Below are positions 18,330 to 28,892 of a DNA stretch of 64,000 bases, piece after piece. Position numbers and translations under genes: made by a program. Every line of letters begins with the position of its first letter. Position 1 is the stretch's first letter. Source of the DNA: a virus (Duplodnaviria; Caudoviricetes). The DNA lies in the IMG/VR virus record IMGVR_UViG_3300032320_001447, positions 110,360-174,359 of that record; one strand, given 5' to 3'. The notes beneath the pieces were generated by a model that saw only the letters and a program-made list of their open reading frames with translations, searched no databases and was not told the origin of the DNA.

Positions 18330-19226
18330 CTAATTCTGTTTAAGAAACGGTAGTATTGCTAACTCTTTTGCTTTCGATTCAACCATGCAGTCCACCTCGA
18401 TTCCATACGTATCGGGAAGTGCATTGATGTATTCTGAGTGAGCTTGTGGTTTTTGTTTAGCGTCGTTCTCGTGTAATGCTTTTGATTCTGAATAGTGTAC
18501 GATAGGTCGTATGCCTTTTGGCCATGTAGTAGTTGCTAGTTCTAATGCCTCTTTCTCAGTCATATCTCCAGTACAAAATTGGTGGTGATGGTAGTCGAAT
18601 ACAATGGGAATGCCTAACTTCTTATGAATGTACATTAGGTCTTTAACAGAGTACATAGACGCTTTATCATCGTTCTCTACTGTTAACCTACTACGTACAG
18701 AGTCAGAAAGTCTATTAAAGTTTTCGCAGAATCTATCCATAGCGGTGATCTTGTCTCCGTATACTCCGTTACAGTGTATGTTGATCTTGTTGTATGGAGT
18801 TTTAGAAAGACCCATCATATCGAATAGTTTAGCGTGCATTTCCAAATCGGATATTGCATTGTCGACTACACTGTCCTTTGGTGAAGTAAGTACTACGAAT
18901 GGACCTGGATGGCACGTGATTCTCATATCCCAAAGTTTGGCAAAGTCTCCAGCCTTTTTTAGTTCGGACTTGATCTCTTCGTAGTCCTTTAGTTGAGTTA
19001 TGTCTATGTTATTTCCCCATGGAATTATACTAGACGATAGCCTAAACAGTTTTATTCCGTGTTGCCTATTCCACTCTAGTATCTTAATGATATCTCTAGA
19101 ATTTAGGAGTGCCAACTCTGAGACATAGTCCATTCCTTTGGCTTCGAATGTGCGTTTCATCATTGTTCTATTCGTACTAACCTCTTTCTGCATTGTCATA
19201 TTGATGCACGCGTATCCTAAATTCAT
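18330..19226 (-). CDS. uvsE: UV-damage endonuclease
   Basis: 'MNLGYACIN', 'LFRLSS', 'HPGPFVVL', 'LTVENDDK', 'VFDYHHH', 'VHYSES', 'AHSEYI', 'MVESKAKELA'. Confidence 0.95.
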   Translation of the reverse strand: MNLGYACINMTMQKEVSTNRTMMKRTFEAKGMDYVSELALLNSRDIIKILEWNRQHGIKLFRLSSSIIPWGNNIDITQLKDYEEIKSELKKAGDFAKLWDMRITCHPGPFVVLTSPKDSVVDNAISDLEMHAKLFDMMGLSKTPYNKINIHCNGVYGDKITAMDRFCENFNRLSDSVRSRLTVENDDKASMYSVKDLMYIHKKLGIPIVFDYHHHQFCTGDMTEKEALELATTTWPKGIRPIVHYSESKALHENDAKQKPQAHSEYINALPDTYGIEVDCMVESKAKELAILPFLKQN

Positions 19227-19353
19227 AACTTTTATTTTTTTGGTTTCTTGTGGAAAGTCTTAATATCTTCATCGCTGTATGGAGCACACTTAGCTTCGTA
19301 AGCTATCCATATCCACGTACCGATCAATCCTATTACAATATACAACATAATTT

Positions 19354-20711
19354 TTATATTTTGTTTAATATCTTTTCTGCCTCTTTACATAATTCACTAC
19401 CATCTATTTGATTTCCGTGTGGTAATGGCGTATCTTTTTGGTAACTTGAAGGAGATTGATACCACAGAGATGAATCAACAAACTTCTTTTGGTATTCTAT
19501 GTGTAACTTTGTCCATGTTGTAGAGTTACTTTCGCACAGTTTGTTGACGAATTGAGCTTCTTCCTTAGTCATTACTGAACTATTTTAACGTATCTACTGA
19601 AGCAATACTTCTTTAGAACCTCATAAGCCGGTGCATTATCGTAGCATCCTAAACCCATGTTTTCTAAGATAACCTTCACGTCTTCTATGGTCTTTACTTT
19701 TTCCCAATCTATAGGATACCAAATAGGTTCTTTAGTCTGACCCATGTTAATTACGTTGGCTTCTAAAGTGTCTTGCGCTTTAGACGCTTTCTTTGTCGCT
19801 GTTTTCTTTGTGGTTGCCATTTTCTTTTTCTTTTTGCTGAATGTTTTTTAATGCTTCGTACAATGCCTCTTGAATTACTGGACTTCTTTTCTCGTAGTCT
19901 TCCGCCATAACCCAATGGCTCTTCTTTTTTTGTTCTTTATTCTCAAGAATTTCTTTGATAGTTCTTGGTTTTACAGGAATATTCTTCCATAATGTGTCCT
20001 TTCTTTTAAGGAGTTCTGCTAATACCTGTAGTCTTTCTCTTTCCATTCTCTCAGCAAAGAACGTAAGCAAGAACCGTCTCTCGATGATTTCATGCCATAT
20101 TGCTTTAAGCTTCTTCATTCTTAACTTCTTTTTTAACTGGTCTCTCTTGAGATTTCCAATCTGATTTTGGTACGTAAGACCACTGACTGCCTTCCATTTG
20201 TCTGGCTTGTACGTCAGATACTCTAATGATGTTGCCTGTTTTTTTGTTTTTTAAACATTTCATCTTTTTCCATGTTTTATTTGATTAAGAAATACATTTT
20301 AAATTTACACAATTTATTACACTCTTGTATTAATTTATTTATGGTGTCCTTCCACTCTTTGTGCTCTGCTTTCTTTCTTTTATCTGGCTGTTTAGAAAAC
20401 ATATTTTCTATTTGATCTACTATGTCTACTACAAAGGCCATAAATTAAAATCTTTTGGCTAAGTTTACTATAAAGGCCTCTTCTTCTTTAGATAGAGCAT
20501 TCCATTTTGTACACAGCTTATCTAATGCTTCTATGAATTCTAATTCAGTGGCACATACTTGTCTATCTATATGTGTATCTTTTATGTGTCCTTTCTCTTT
20601 TAACCAATCTATGACTTCATCAATTTCTGAAGTGTCACAATCTTCTAAAAAATCATTAACTTCTACGTCAACGTCAATCTCTGTGTCTACCGGTACTAAA
20701 ATGTTTGGCAT
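19354..20711 (-). other. Run of small hypothetical ORFs (19354..19572, 19572..19820, 19780..20118, 20445..20711 and shorter ones)
   Basis: Abutting or overlapping minus-strand ORFs. Confidence 0.55.
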
Positions 20712-20715
20712 AACC

Positions 20716-21468
20716 TTATTTTTTTGTTTTATTAAATGATATATGACCATCTGTGATAATCATATACTCTTGACTTGTTTCTTGTACGTCAACGAAATAA
20801 TATCTACCGCCTGTTGCCTTACCCTCCTTGTCTATCTCGTTTTGATATGTGTGACCAACCACTTGAATAATTTTCTTACGCAATGTTTTTTTATTGGCCT
20901 CCATTAAAGCTTTAGGTCTTATCCACATCGGTCCTTGATATGTCTCGTTACCATAACCACTTGCTCCAGCCCATTCTGTTGCACTGAACATTTTAAAGGA
21001 TCTATAGTCTAACGATAGTGGTGTATATTTAAACAACTCGTTAATCTTATCGACCATATTCTCTTCTGTCCAATCTGTAATAGTGTCGTCTAACCACTCG
21101 CTACTAATTCCTGCGTGGCTGAATACAAATTTTCCAATTCTATGTGCAACTTGTAGATGCTTACGATTCTCATCAACTAATTGCTTAATGGATGGAGCCA
21201 TTCTCGTTTGATAACCCGAAGTGGAGCTATCGCCTATCTCAGGAAAGTAGTGATAATCGTGGTTACCTATTAGCATGATAACTTCTTCGCCTATAGTTTG
21301 TTTAAACTCCACGATCTCTTTAAAGTTGTGCATCTGTTCTACAGCAGAAATATCAAACGAATCGAAGTAGTCACCTAAGAATACAAATCTATCTGCGTCA
21401 CTCTCTTGAGCTACGATCTGTTTCCATTGATCTCTACCGTGCACGTCTCCTATTATAACCGTTTTCAT
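20716..21468 (-). CDS. Calcineurin-like metallophosphoesterase
   Basis: GDVHG, GDYFD, GNHD, SHAG, GHT motifs. Confidence 0.9.
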   Translation of the reverse strand: MKTVIIGDVHGRDQWKQIVAQESDADRFVFLGDYFDSFDISAVEQMHNFKEIVEFKQTIGEEVIMLIGNHDYHYFPEIGDSSTSGYQTRMAPSIKQLVDENRKHLQVAHRIGKFVFSHAGISSEWLDDTITDWTEENMVDKINELFKYTPLSLDYRSFKMFSATEWAGASGYGNETYQGPMWIRPKALMEANKKTLRKKIIQVVGHTYQNEIDKEGKATGGRYYFVDVQETSQEYMIITDGHISFNKTKK

Positions 21469-21504
21469 AAGTAAATTTAATCTAATAAATAATGCTAATA
21501 AAAT

Positions 21505-21846
21505 CTATTTCCAAAGTACCTGAATTGCTACGATTAAAAAACCGAGTAGCAAACTTACAATAGTTTTTAGTGTAAATGGCTCTTTAAACATGATCGCGCT
21601 AAGTACTGTAAACATGATTATGCCTATAGAAAAACCGAGTAGTCTGCTTTCCCATATAGATCCATTGAACGCGTTGATAAAATACTGCACTGATTTAATG
21701 TAGAACCAACTTAAAGGAACCGCCATTAGTAGTAGAGGCACTGTGTACTTAGGATACCACCCATATTTTAGTGCTGCTTGTAATTGTACGAACGATCCTA
21801 CTTGACCGAGGATCCCGTATAGGATACCGAAAACTAAATTTTGCAT
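21505..21846 (-). CDS. 4-TM membrane protein (DMT/SMR-like)
   Basis: Four hydrophobic segments, 'FKEPFTLKTIV'. Confidence 0.6.
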   Translation of the reverse strand: MQNLVFGILYGILGQVGSFVQLQAALKYGWYPKYTVPLLLMAVPLSWFYIKSVQYFINAFNGSIWESRLLGFSIGIIMFTVLSAIMFKEPFTLKTIVSLLLGFLIVAIQVLWK

Positions 21847-21863
21847 AACTGTTTTTGTTTATA

Positions 21864-22148
21864 TTACTCTTCCGTTGGCATCGTCAAATTCATCATGTCT
21901 CCGCCAGTTTCTTCTACTTTCTTTCCTTTCTTTCCTTTGTTAATCAACTTATTCATTTCAGTTTTGATCTCCTTTAAAGAAGCAGCGTATTGTTCTAACT
22001 GCTCTCTTTCCTCTGTGGTAAGGTTCTGAATTGCCTCTTTAACTGTTACAATCGTAGGTTCTGTTACCATACCAGTTACAGTGTCTATGCCTTCTGATAG
22101 TAAACTCGCTATTTGTTTTGAATAGTCTTGTGGTTTTATGTAGCTCAT
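21864..22148 (-). CDS. Hypothetical protein, possible head-internal protein
   Basis: 'LLSEG', 'VKEA', 'VEE'; ATATTTAT at 22165-22173. Confidence 0.5.
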   Translation of the reverse strand: MSYIKPQDYSKQIASLLSEGIDTVTGMVTEPTIVTVKEAIQNLTTEEREQLEQYAASLKEIKTEMNKLINKGKKGKKVEETGGDMMNLTMPTEE

Positions 22149-22177
22149 GTGTCTTGTTTGTATTAATAAATATTAAC

Positions 22178-22387
22178 CTATTGAGATGCCTGAGCCAGTT
22201 GTTTAAGCTTCTTGCCTACTTCAGGATCTTTGATTATCTGTATTGAATAATCTGTTTTGCCATCAACTACTAAGTGACCTGTGAACCTTTCTGCTGTGCT
22301 GTGATTAACACACGTTGTTGAGTAACCTAGAGCCACCCTTTTTGGGTGGATCTCAGTGCTACATACTTTGCAATATTTTTTATTCAT
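22178..22387 (-). CDS. DksA/TraR-like zinc-finger small protein
   Basis: 'CKVCSTEIHPKRVALGYSTTCVNH'. Confidence 0.55.
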   Translation of the reverse strand: MNKKYCKVCSTEIHPKRVALGYSTTCVNHSTAERFTGHLVVDGKTDYSIQIIKDPEVGKKLKQLAQASQ

Positions 22388-22560
22388 TAGAAATGTACTT
22401 TTTTAATGTCCTTAATTTGCTGCTGAATTAATTTAGCTGCTGTCTTGTTTCCTTGTGAAAGGTAGAACTTAACCTCTTTCTCGAGTTCTTCGATAGTCTC
22501 TATTAGTTCGTCTTCGTTCTCGTTATAGATGTCACCAATTTCAATTTCTTCAAACATAGA

Positions 22561-22821
22561 TTATAAATTTTGGATTTGTTTTAATAATATTGTTACGTCT
22601 TCCTCTGTTAAATAACCTTCTACGTCGTTGGTTACTGATGTCTCGTAAGTTACCTGATCTTGCGCATCGATTACAGCCAACTCGTATAGTCCTTCGTTTC
22701 CACCGTATGTGTGTGGTCCTTTAACTACTGATGCACCATATCCATTGTCGAACTTGATACGACTAATCATACCTGAACCCCTTGGATGGGGTTTAAATTC
22801 TAAATCATTGAATGTTTTCAT
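22561..22821 (-). CDS. Small phage protein
   Basis: 'FDNGYGASVV...YGGNEGLYELAV...DVEGYLT'. Confidence 0.65.
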   Translation of the reverse strand: MKTFNDLEFKPHPRGSGMISRIKFDNGYGASVVKGPHTYGGNEGLYELAVIDAQDQVTYETSVTNDVEGYLTEEDVTILLKQIQNL

Positions 22822-22843
22822 AGTTGTTTTTCAATTTTAAATG

Positions 22844-23308
22844 TTACCAACTTGATTGATATATGTACTCTTGTGTATCTGCATCTCCTGCTGACACGAT
22901 ACTCATTAAGATATCGTATGTGTTCTGTACTTGCTCGAAGTAATAGTCATCATAGTCTGTACTTCCAAAGAAAAAGCCTGAGCTTCTTGGTAATAGCTGC
23001 TCTGCTTTACTGTGATCGTCTAATACGTCTTCGCATACATTCAATAGATCTCGCAACTGTTCGTAGCCTACGCTGTACTCTCTACAATCGTCTTGATCTT
23101 TCTGCACGTTCTTTACGAACCACTGATGGATCTGATTTGCTTTACGCCAATATCCAACTTCTTCTACGATGTAGTCAATCTTTTTTGGATTGATGAACGG
23201 ATGTGACTTACCACCTTCTGTGATTATTACTTCGCATCTTTTATCTTCGCGTACCCATTCTCCTGTGTGTAAGAATGTTTTTTTGTGCAAATACATGTCT
23301 AATCCCAT
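22844..23308 (-). CDS. Phage protein (MGLDMYL...YWRKANQIH type)
   Basis: 'GFFFGSTDYDDYY', terminal 'YQSSW'. Confidence 0.7.
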   Translation of the reverse strand: MGLDMYLHKKTFLHTGEWVREDKRCEVIITEGGKSHPFINPKKIDYIVEEVGYWRKANQIHQWFVKNVQKDQDDCREYSVGYEQLRDLLNVCEDVLDDHSKAEQLLPRSSGFFFGSTDYDDYYFEQVQNTYDILMSIVSAGDADTQEYIYQSSW

Positions 23309-23339
23309 AACTTTTATTTTTTATTTGTTTATAATTTAA

Positions 23340-24254
23340 TTAGGCTACCACAGAAAATTTACTCATGTGATCGTTGTATCTCTCTATTTGCTTCGCATTA
23401 TCTTGATCACGTTGTTTGCTTTCCCAATAGTATACAGTTGCAATGAAGTCATCGAATCTTGCTTTAGTGACAACTATAGAACTAAAAGATCCATCTTCAA
23501 CAGCGGTCGTTTTTATGTTCATCTCTACTTTTCCGTACTTAACTTCACCTACAACTTCGAATGCATATACTCGTACGTGATCGTATTTGCCTCTACCAGT
23601 TTGTAGATCAAAGTACTGAGGATTTGTTTCTAATGTATATGAGCCTTCTTGATCATAAGGAATGTTATAATGTCTTTCGCAGATCATACGTGAAGATATT
23701 GTATGTTGAAAACCTGCTTTGCTATATTCTGCAATACCTTGTTCGGCTATTTCCTTTTCTGTTTTACGTATAGCAAATTCTGTTTGGCTAATCGGTTGCT
23801 CGAATGTAGCGTAACGTTTTTGTGCGTACTGTTGATATTCAGCTTTCCATACTGGCATCATGAAGTTAATTTGATTCAATAAAGTTGCAACCATACCTAA
23901 AGTTTTTAAGTAAGCAATAGTTTTAGTATCGTTGTACTCTACTTCTTTAGAATAGAAACTTAATTTTGCTTTAGCTTCTTCGCCATATCTAGCGTAGTGA
24001 TATATAGTAATAGCATTGTGTCTCCACGTATCTTTTACTTCTTCTTCAGATGAAAAGATTTGCAATGTTTCTCCACCACTTTCGAGTTTGATTGTATACG
24101 TTTCACCAGTAAATTTGTAAAACCATTCTGCAATGCTTGTTTCTAACGTAGCAACTTCTTTACTAAAGACATTGTCGTAATAATACTTAGATGCTTCTTT
24201 TTGAGATTGTAACTGTGACTGTAACGCGGTCAACGTAGTTTGTAGTGTGTTCAT
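23340..24254 (-). CDS. Hypothetical early protein
   Basis: 304-aa ORF, first gene after the 24.3-24.44 kb regulatory region. Confidence 0.65.
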   Translation of the reverse strand: MNTLQTTLTALQSQLQSQKEASKYYYDNVFSKEVATLETSIAEWFYKFTGETYTIKLESGGETLQIFSSEEEVKDTWRHNAITIYHYARYGEEAKAKLSFYSKEVEYNDTKTIAYLKTLGMVATLLNQINFMMPVWKAEYQQYAQKRYATFEQPISQTEFAIRKTEKEIAEQGIAEYSKAGFQHTISSRMICERHYNIPYDQEGSYTLETNPQYFDLQTGRGKYDHVRVYAFEVVGEVKYGKVEMNIKTTAVEDGSFSSIVVTKARFDDFIATVYYWESKQRDQDNAKQIERYNDHMSKFSVVA

Positions 24255-24367
24255 AACTTTTATTTATATTAATAATTTTTTAAATATGACGCTTTATTTG
24301 TCAGCATCAGAGTAAAAGTACTACTATCCTCCGAAACAAAAAAATTATATATAAAGTATCTTAAAAA

Positions 24368-24440
24368 TTCTTCATAGAGAATCAACGCGTTATGGATATT
24401 CTTTTTTAATATGCATAACTGATTGGTTTCCAATGGGTTA
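24368..24440. repeat. Two copies of the 25-bp imperfect palindrome
   Basis: TAACGCGTTGATTCTCTATGAAGAA (minus) and TAACTGATTGGTTTCCAATGGGTTA (plus, 24416-24440). Confidence 0.75.
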
Positions 24441-24713
24441 CATTGGACGTATTAGAGCTCATTTGGGAAGCTTTGCCCAATATGACTATATTGTATTAAG
24501 TTCTTTGTTTTTTGACCAATGGTGAAGACTTGGGAGCTCCAAAATTAAAGAATTTGATCTTATTAGATGCCTGATATGGACAAGATGCGCATGCTTTACC
24601 GAATAGATCCATGTGAAAGTCGCAACCAATTTGATCTGAACTACACGGTTTGAGTGGTATCCTATTACCGAAAGTTTTTTTAAATAACTGTTTCATAACC
24701 TTTAGATGGGAGT

Positions 24714-25025
24714 TTATGTGTATTTTGAGATGAGTGTGTCTATAATTTGTTTTTCGTCTTCGCTTAAATTTTTTTTGTTTTGTATAGTCTTTACAAAATG
24801 TATGTGCTTTTCTACTACTTGTCTTTTAGCAGCAAATAGGCCTGATATTCTACCTCCTTCTATACACTGTTTGTATTCTGATGATAAGGCATCTTTTACA
24901 ATTAATATCTTTTGATCGTAAGATAACTCCTTATTCTTCTGTCTATTTTTAAAAGAATCCGCCAATTCAAATGCTTTGATTAATTTATCTCCCATTTTTG
25001 TCAATGCGTTTCTTTTAAAATTCAT
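24714..25025 (-). CDS. Hypothetical protein
   Basis: ORF track, coupled to the upstream holin-like gene. Confidence 0.55.
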   Translation of the reverse strand: MNFKRNALTKMGDKLIKAFELADSFKNRQKNKELSYDQKILIVKDALSSEYKQCIEGGRISGLFAAKRQVVEKHIHFVKTIQNKKNLSEDEKQIIDTLISKYT

Positions 25026-25026
25026 G

Positions 25027-25320
25027 CTAATCTTTTTTGTTCATCATGTACTTGTATATAGTTTTTTGTAACTCTGTGAGAGCCGTGGTATTATCTCTTA
25101 TTAAAGTATCTAGTCTGTCTCTCTCTTCTACTAAAATCTCCATCATTTGCTGTTGTAGTTTATCTATCTTCTCTTCTAGTTGTTCGTTCTTCTTAACAAG
25201 TCTTAAGTACTGTTGCCAAGCAAAATATCCCAATAAAAAAGCTAGTATGCCTAATATACCGTATTGCATAAAAGCGGAACCTATACTAGCGCTATCAATC
25301 GTTGTCTGTAAAATCGTCAT
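25027..25320 (-). CDS. Single-TM coiled-coil protein, BhlA/UviB holin-like
   Basis: 'FMQYGILGILAFLLGYFAW' followed by a coiled coil. Confidence 0.45.
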   Translation of the reverse strand: MTILQTTIDSASIGSAFMQYGILGILAFLLGYFAWQQYLRLVKKNEQLEEKIDKLQQQMMEILVEERDRLDTLIRDNTTALTELQKTIYKYMMNKKD

Positions 25321-25324
25321 CGTT

Positions 25325-25603
25325 TTAGTTTAAATTTGAATATTTCCTACACAATAAATCTTCCCAATTCTCAGCTAAAACTTTAATTTGTCTTGCAGAT
25401 GCTTTGATCTGACCTGTATCTATTAATCCAACCATTGTCTCAACCCATACTTCTCTACTATTTACATGTAGATATTCATGTATCTCGGTTGGAATCTGTG
25501 TCTCTTCCGCTATTTTATCTAGTGTGTCGTGAATCAGCATATCCTGAACATAAATATTTGAGGTTAACCAATATTGTATTCTTTTTTCAAGTGTGTAAGA
25601 CAT
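25325..25603 (-). CDS. Hypothetical protein
   Basis: ORF track. Confidence 0.5.
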   Translation of the reverse strand: MSYTLEKRIQYWLTSNIYVQDMLIHDTLDKIAEETQIPTEIHEYLHVNSREVWVETMVGLIDTGQIKASARQIKVLAENWEDLLCRKYSNLN

Positions 25604-25959
25604 TTTTTATAATCTCTCTTTTCTATTCTAATGGCGTCTTTCTCCATTGGGTTTTTGTGATGAGGCAACCATTTAGCTAATATTTGATATTCGTGCATGG
25701 AATGATTGACATAGTGCCAATATTCATGAATAACTGTCTTTACTAATTCTTCTAAAGTGTGATGAGTTTCCTTATTTATGAATATGGTCTGGTCTACCTC
25801 ATCATAATATCCATAGTCTTCTCCTGTGTAATGGTCTGGCTTTCTAAATTCTAGAGATGGATATGGACCATTTATTTTAGATCTACCATAGGTGAAATAG
25901 CACCAATCCAATATCTTCTGTGCTGTGGCTCTAGTTACGTAATTCTTTTCCTTTCTCAT
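25564..25959 (-). CDS. Zincin-like (HExxH) protein
   Basis: 'YGYYD...IFIN...TVIHEYWHY...PMEKDA'. Confidence 0.7.
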   Translation of the reverse strand: MRKEKNYVTRATAQKILDWCYFTYGRSKINGPYPSLEFRKPDHYTGEDYGYYDEVDQTIFINKETHHTLEELVKTVIHEYWHYVNHSMHEYQILAKWLPHHKNPMEKDAIRIEKRDYKKCLTHLKKEYNIG

Positions 25960-26052
25960 AATCCTAATGCTTTTCTTTCTGCTTTTGTTAAATTTGCTAT
26001 GACTTCTTTTTGTATCTTTTTGTATTTCTTCAGTCTTTCCTTCTCTTTGTCT

Positions 26053-26739
26053 TTATTTTTGGTTGACGTATTTTTCATATATAACTTTATACTTCTTTGA
26101 TAGTTTCTCTAATTTTGTTCCAGGGATTTTGTTATTAAATTCAAAGTAATCTGAATCTATACACGTATATGCCTGAATCTCGTCATTGAATACTTGCTCC
26201 GTATATCCCATATCTGTTAAGTTCTTACGCATCCTATCGTATGTTTTAGGATCTATCTCTTTGGTAATAGCATCCACTTCTTTCTTATAGTTACTGTCTA
26301 TATGATAGTACGCATGACATAACTCGTGTTGAAACGTGCTTGATACAGTGTCTGCTACTCCAATGATATAAGCTTTGGATTTAGGTCCGTACTTTAAGTT
26401 CACTTTCTCTGTAATCTCATCTAGTATTTTACCCATAGTTGCATCATAAGGCGTGTAGTATGTATACTTTTTTCCCATCTTGTCGTAACACTTTTTTGCC
26501 ACATTTAAAGGAAAGTTAAAGCCTACCCAATCTGATGCATAACTAAACGCATCTCCGTTCTTTCTGCTATACCATTCTATATAGTCCCATATTTCAAAAG
26601 CTTTACCTCTGAATTTAGGATTAGGAGACTCGTAGAACTCTTGTACTCTTATGAACAACATTGCTCTATGATACCTGTCTGGTACTATCACAGCAAATAT
26701 CTTTGGTTTTATTTCTTTTATGTTATATTGTATCTTCAT
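26053..26739 (-). CDS. HExxH-containing protein
   Basis: 'RVQEFYESPN', 'FQHELCHAYY', 'DEIQAY'. Confidence 0.6.
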   Translation of the reverse strand: MKIQYNIKEIKPKIFAVIVPDRYHRAMLFIRVQEFYESPNPKFRGKAFEIWDYIEWYSRKNGDAFSYASDWVGFNFPLNVAKKCYDKMGKKYTYYTPYDATMGKILDEITEKVNLKYGPKSKAYIIGVADTVSSTFQHELCHAYYHIDSNYKKEVDAITKEIDPKTYDRMRKNLTDMGYTEQVFNDEIQAYTCIDSDYFEFNNKIPGTKLEKLSKKYKVIYEKYVNQK

Positions 26740-27286
26740 CTTGTTTTTGTTTATTCCATTTACTTTTAGATAATAAGTCTGCATAATCCTTATATCCCCG
26801 TTCTACTGCAAATTCGTCATTCAGCTTATCTCGATATGCTTTAACATTTGCTTTATCGTTCATTGCTTCTGCATTTTCGAAGCCTAAATCTATAGCGCAA
26901 GCTTCTTCGCACCAATCATGAGATCCTATGTTTATGCTTATAGGCAGATCAGTTTCTATAGACTCTATGAAGTCTTCGAATTGATTAGCGGATACAAACG
27001 GCATACAATAAGATCCTTCTGCTATTTGGTATCCACTCTCATTTTGCTTATCGAATATCTCTACTCTACCCATTCTATATCTTTCTCCCAATAAACTGAA
27101 TATACCGTAACCAACAGTAGAATAGTAGTAACGACCTTGATGAGATACTCCGTTCATATTAACACATTCAGGATTCGTTTCCATCCATGTGGCTAACTTA
27201 TCTATTAATTGCTCGTCTGTTAGTTCTTCGTTCTTAGCTCTGATATTCTGTAGATACCACGCTACACGTTTTCTATTTATTTTCAT
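26723..27286 (-). CDS. Hypothetical protein
   Basis: ORF track; likely start ATG 27286. Confidence 0.55.
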   Translation of the reverse strand: MKINRKRVAWYLQNIRAKNEELTDEQLIDKLATWMETNPECVNMNGVSHQGRYYYSTVGYGIFSLLGERYRMGRVEIFDKQNESGYQIAEGSYCMPFVSANQFEDFIESIETDLPISINIGSHDWCEEACAIDLGFENAEAMNDKANVKAYRDKLNDEFAVERGYKDYADLLSKSKWNKQKQDEDTI

Positions 27287-27287
27287 A

Positions 27288-27893
27288 CTAGATATTTTCT
27301 TGTTCAAATAGTTTTTCAAATCTCTTTGGTAATTTATCGTACTTACCTCTAAATGTGGTTGGCATCGCAGCAACAATCTTCTTGTTTCTGTAAGGCGGAT
27401 TGTTAGGACTGCACCATCTTCTGGTCTTCCTCATCCAATGGTAAAAATATAAATAAGCATTTGCTTTTTTCACATAACTTTCTTTGTCAATGCTTAAGTT
27501 ATATTTGCCTATCAATTTAACAGATCGTTTCTCGTTGTCAAGTTCTAAGTCTACAACTCCTTGAATCGCTGCATCTACCATAGCATCAGATAGTTTTTCA
27601 CCGGATATCCACGCGTCTACAGCAAATAGATACTTGTTTGCTTTCGTATACACGGGTACTTTATCTATCCACTGTGTGAGATGACCATATTCGTGTACCA
27701 ATATTTCAAACGAATCTTTCTGCTTCATCGCTACTTGTAACGTTCTGCCTTCGTCGTCAAAATATCCTGTGCACCTTACAGAAGGAATTGGTTTTAGGTA
27801 CTTTACGTCTTTAAGCTTACACGATACTTTGTGTTTCTTACAACCATTTTTCACTAACTCAATAAACATCTTATCGTTCTTGCTTAATCTCAT
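27288..27893 (-). CDS. Zincin-like (HExxH) protein
   Basis: 'CTGYFD', 'ILVHEYGHLTQW', 'LELDNEKR'. Confidence 0.65.
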   Translation of the reverse strand: MRLSKNDKMFIELVKNGCKKHKVSCKLKDVKYLKPIPSVRCTGYFDDEGRTLQVAMKQKDSFEILVHEYGHLTQWIDKVPVYTKANKYLFAVDAWISGEKLSDAMVDAAIQGVVDLELDNEKRSVKLIGKYNLSIDKESYVKKANAYLYFYHWMRKTRRWCSPNNPPYRNKKIVAAMPTTFRGKYDKLPKRFEKLFEQENI

Positions 27894-27896
27894 ATC

Positions 27897-28885
27897 TTAT
27901 ATGTTAAAATTTAATTTTGAATAAGCTTTAACATCATACTGCATTTGTAGATCGTATGCATTTATTTTTGATGATCTGTCTTCGTAAGATTGGGATATAT
28001 TCAAATCTCGCATCCACGCTTGAAATTTAGGATTTGCCATTGTTTCTTCTCTTAGTCTTATTAACTGCATTTCTTTTTCTATATTTGCTATCATATTACT
28101 GGTTTTTAAATTATTCTGTGTATTCTTGTATGTCATAATAGTGGTCAGCTTGATAAGGTAATACACTGATCACGTTCTTTGCATTCCACATTTGCTTAAT
28201 ACATTTCTGGAATTCTTCGAAAGAGTGGTAAGGCGCATCTATTCTAGATCCATCGTCGTAGGTTACTTCTACTCTAGCGATCTTATAGTTCTCTATGTAT
28301 CCACCCATACGAGCGTCTTCGTATTGATCTTGAGTTCTAAAAGTGAATTCAATTCCTGTTAAGTTGTCTATATACATAAGTTTGTTTTTAATTATTAATA
28401 GCAGTATGGTCCTATCATTGTTAAAGGCACATCGTATCTACCAAATCCGTCTAATTCGTGTACGGTAGCTTTAGTTAATCTGATATCCTTTATGATGAAT
28501 ACTTTACCGCTTGTCTTATTATGTTCTACTATTACCTTATCTCCGATACTGAATGCTTTACGCTTTTCCTTTGAATCGGTTTTCTTCTTTGCTTTAATGG
28601 TATCTACTACCATTCTATTTAACTTTGATAATTCTAATAAAGTCAATTTGTTTAATTGTGATTGAGTCATGTTTATATTTTTTAATAATTAAAGTAATAA
28701 GATGCTTGTTCCCATCTGCCATCAACATTTGTTTCTACGACATAGTCACCATTGTATTGTCTATTCTCTCGTAGTACTAACCAAATTTTATGAGTATCGG
28801 TTTGGATCTTTAACTCATCACCGTCCCATGCTTGTTCAATTGTTTCCATGCTGTTTAATTCAGCTTTAGTGTATTCGTGTAACAT
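27897..28885 (-). other. Four small hypothetical ORFs (27897..28094, 28111..28377, 28395..28670, 28682..28885)
   Basis: Tandem minus-strand ORFs with AT-rich leaders. Confidence 0.55.
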
Positions 28886-28892
28886 AATTAAA

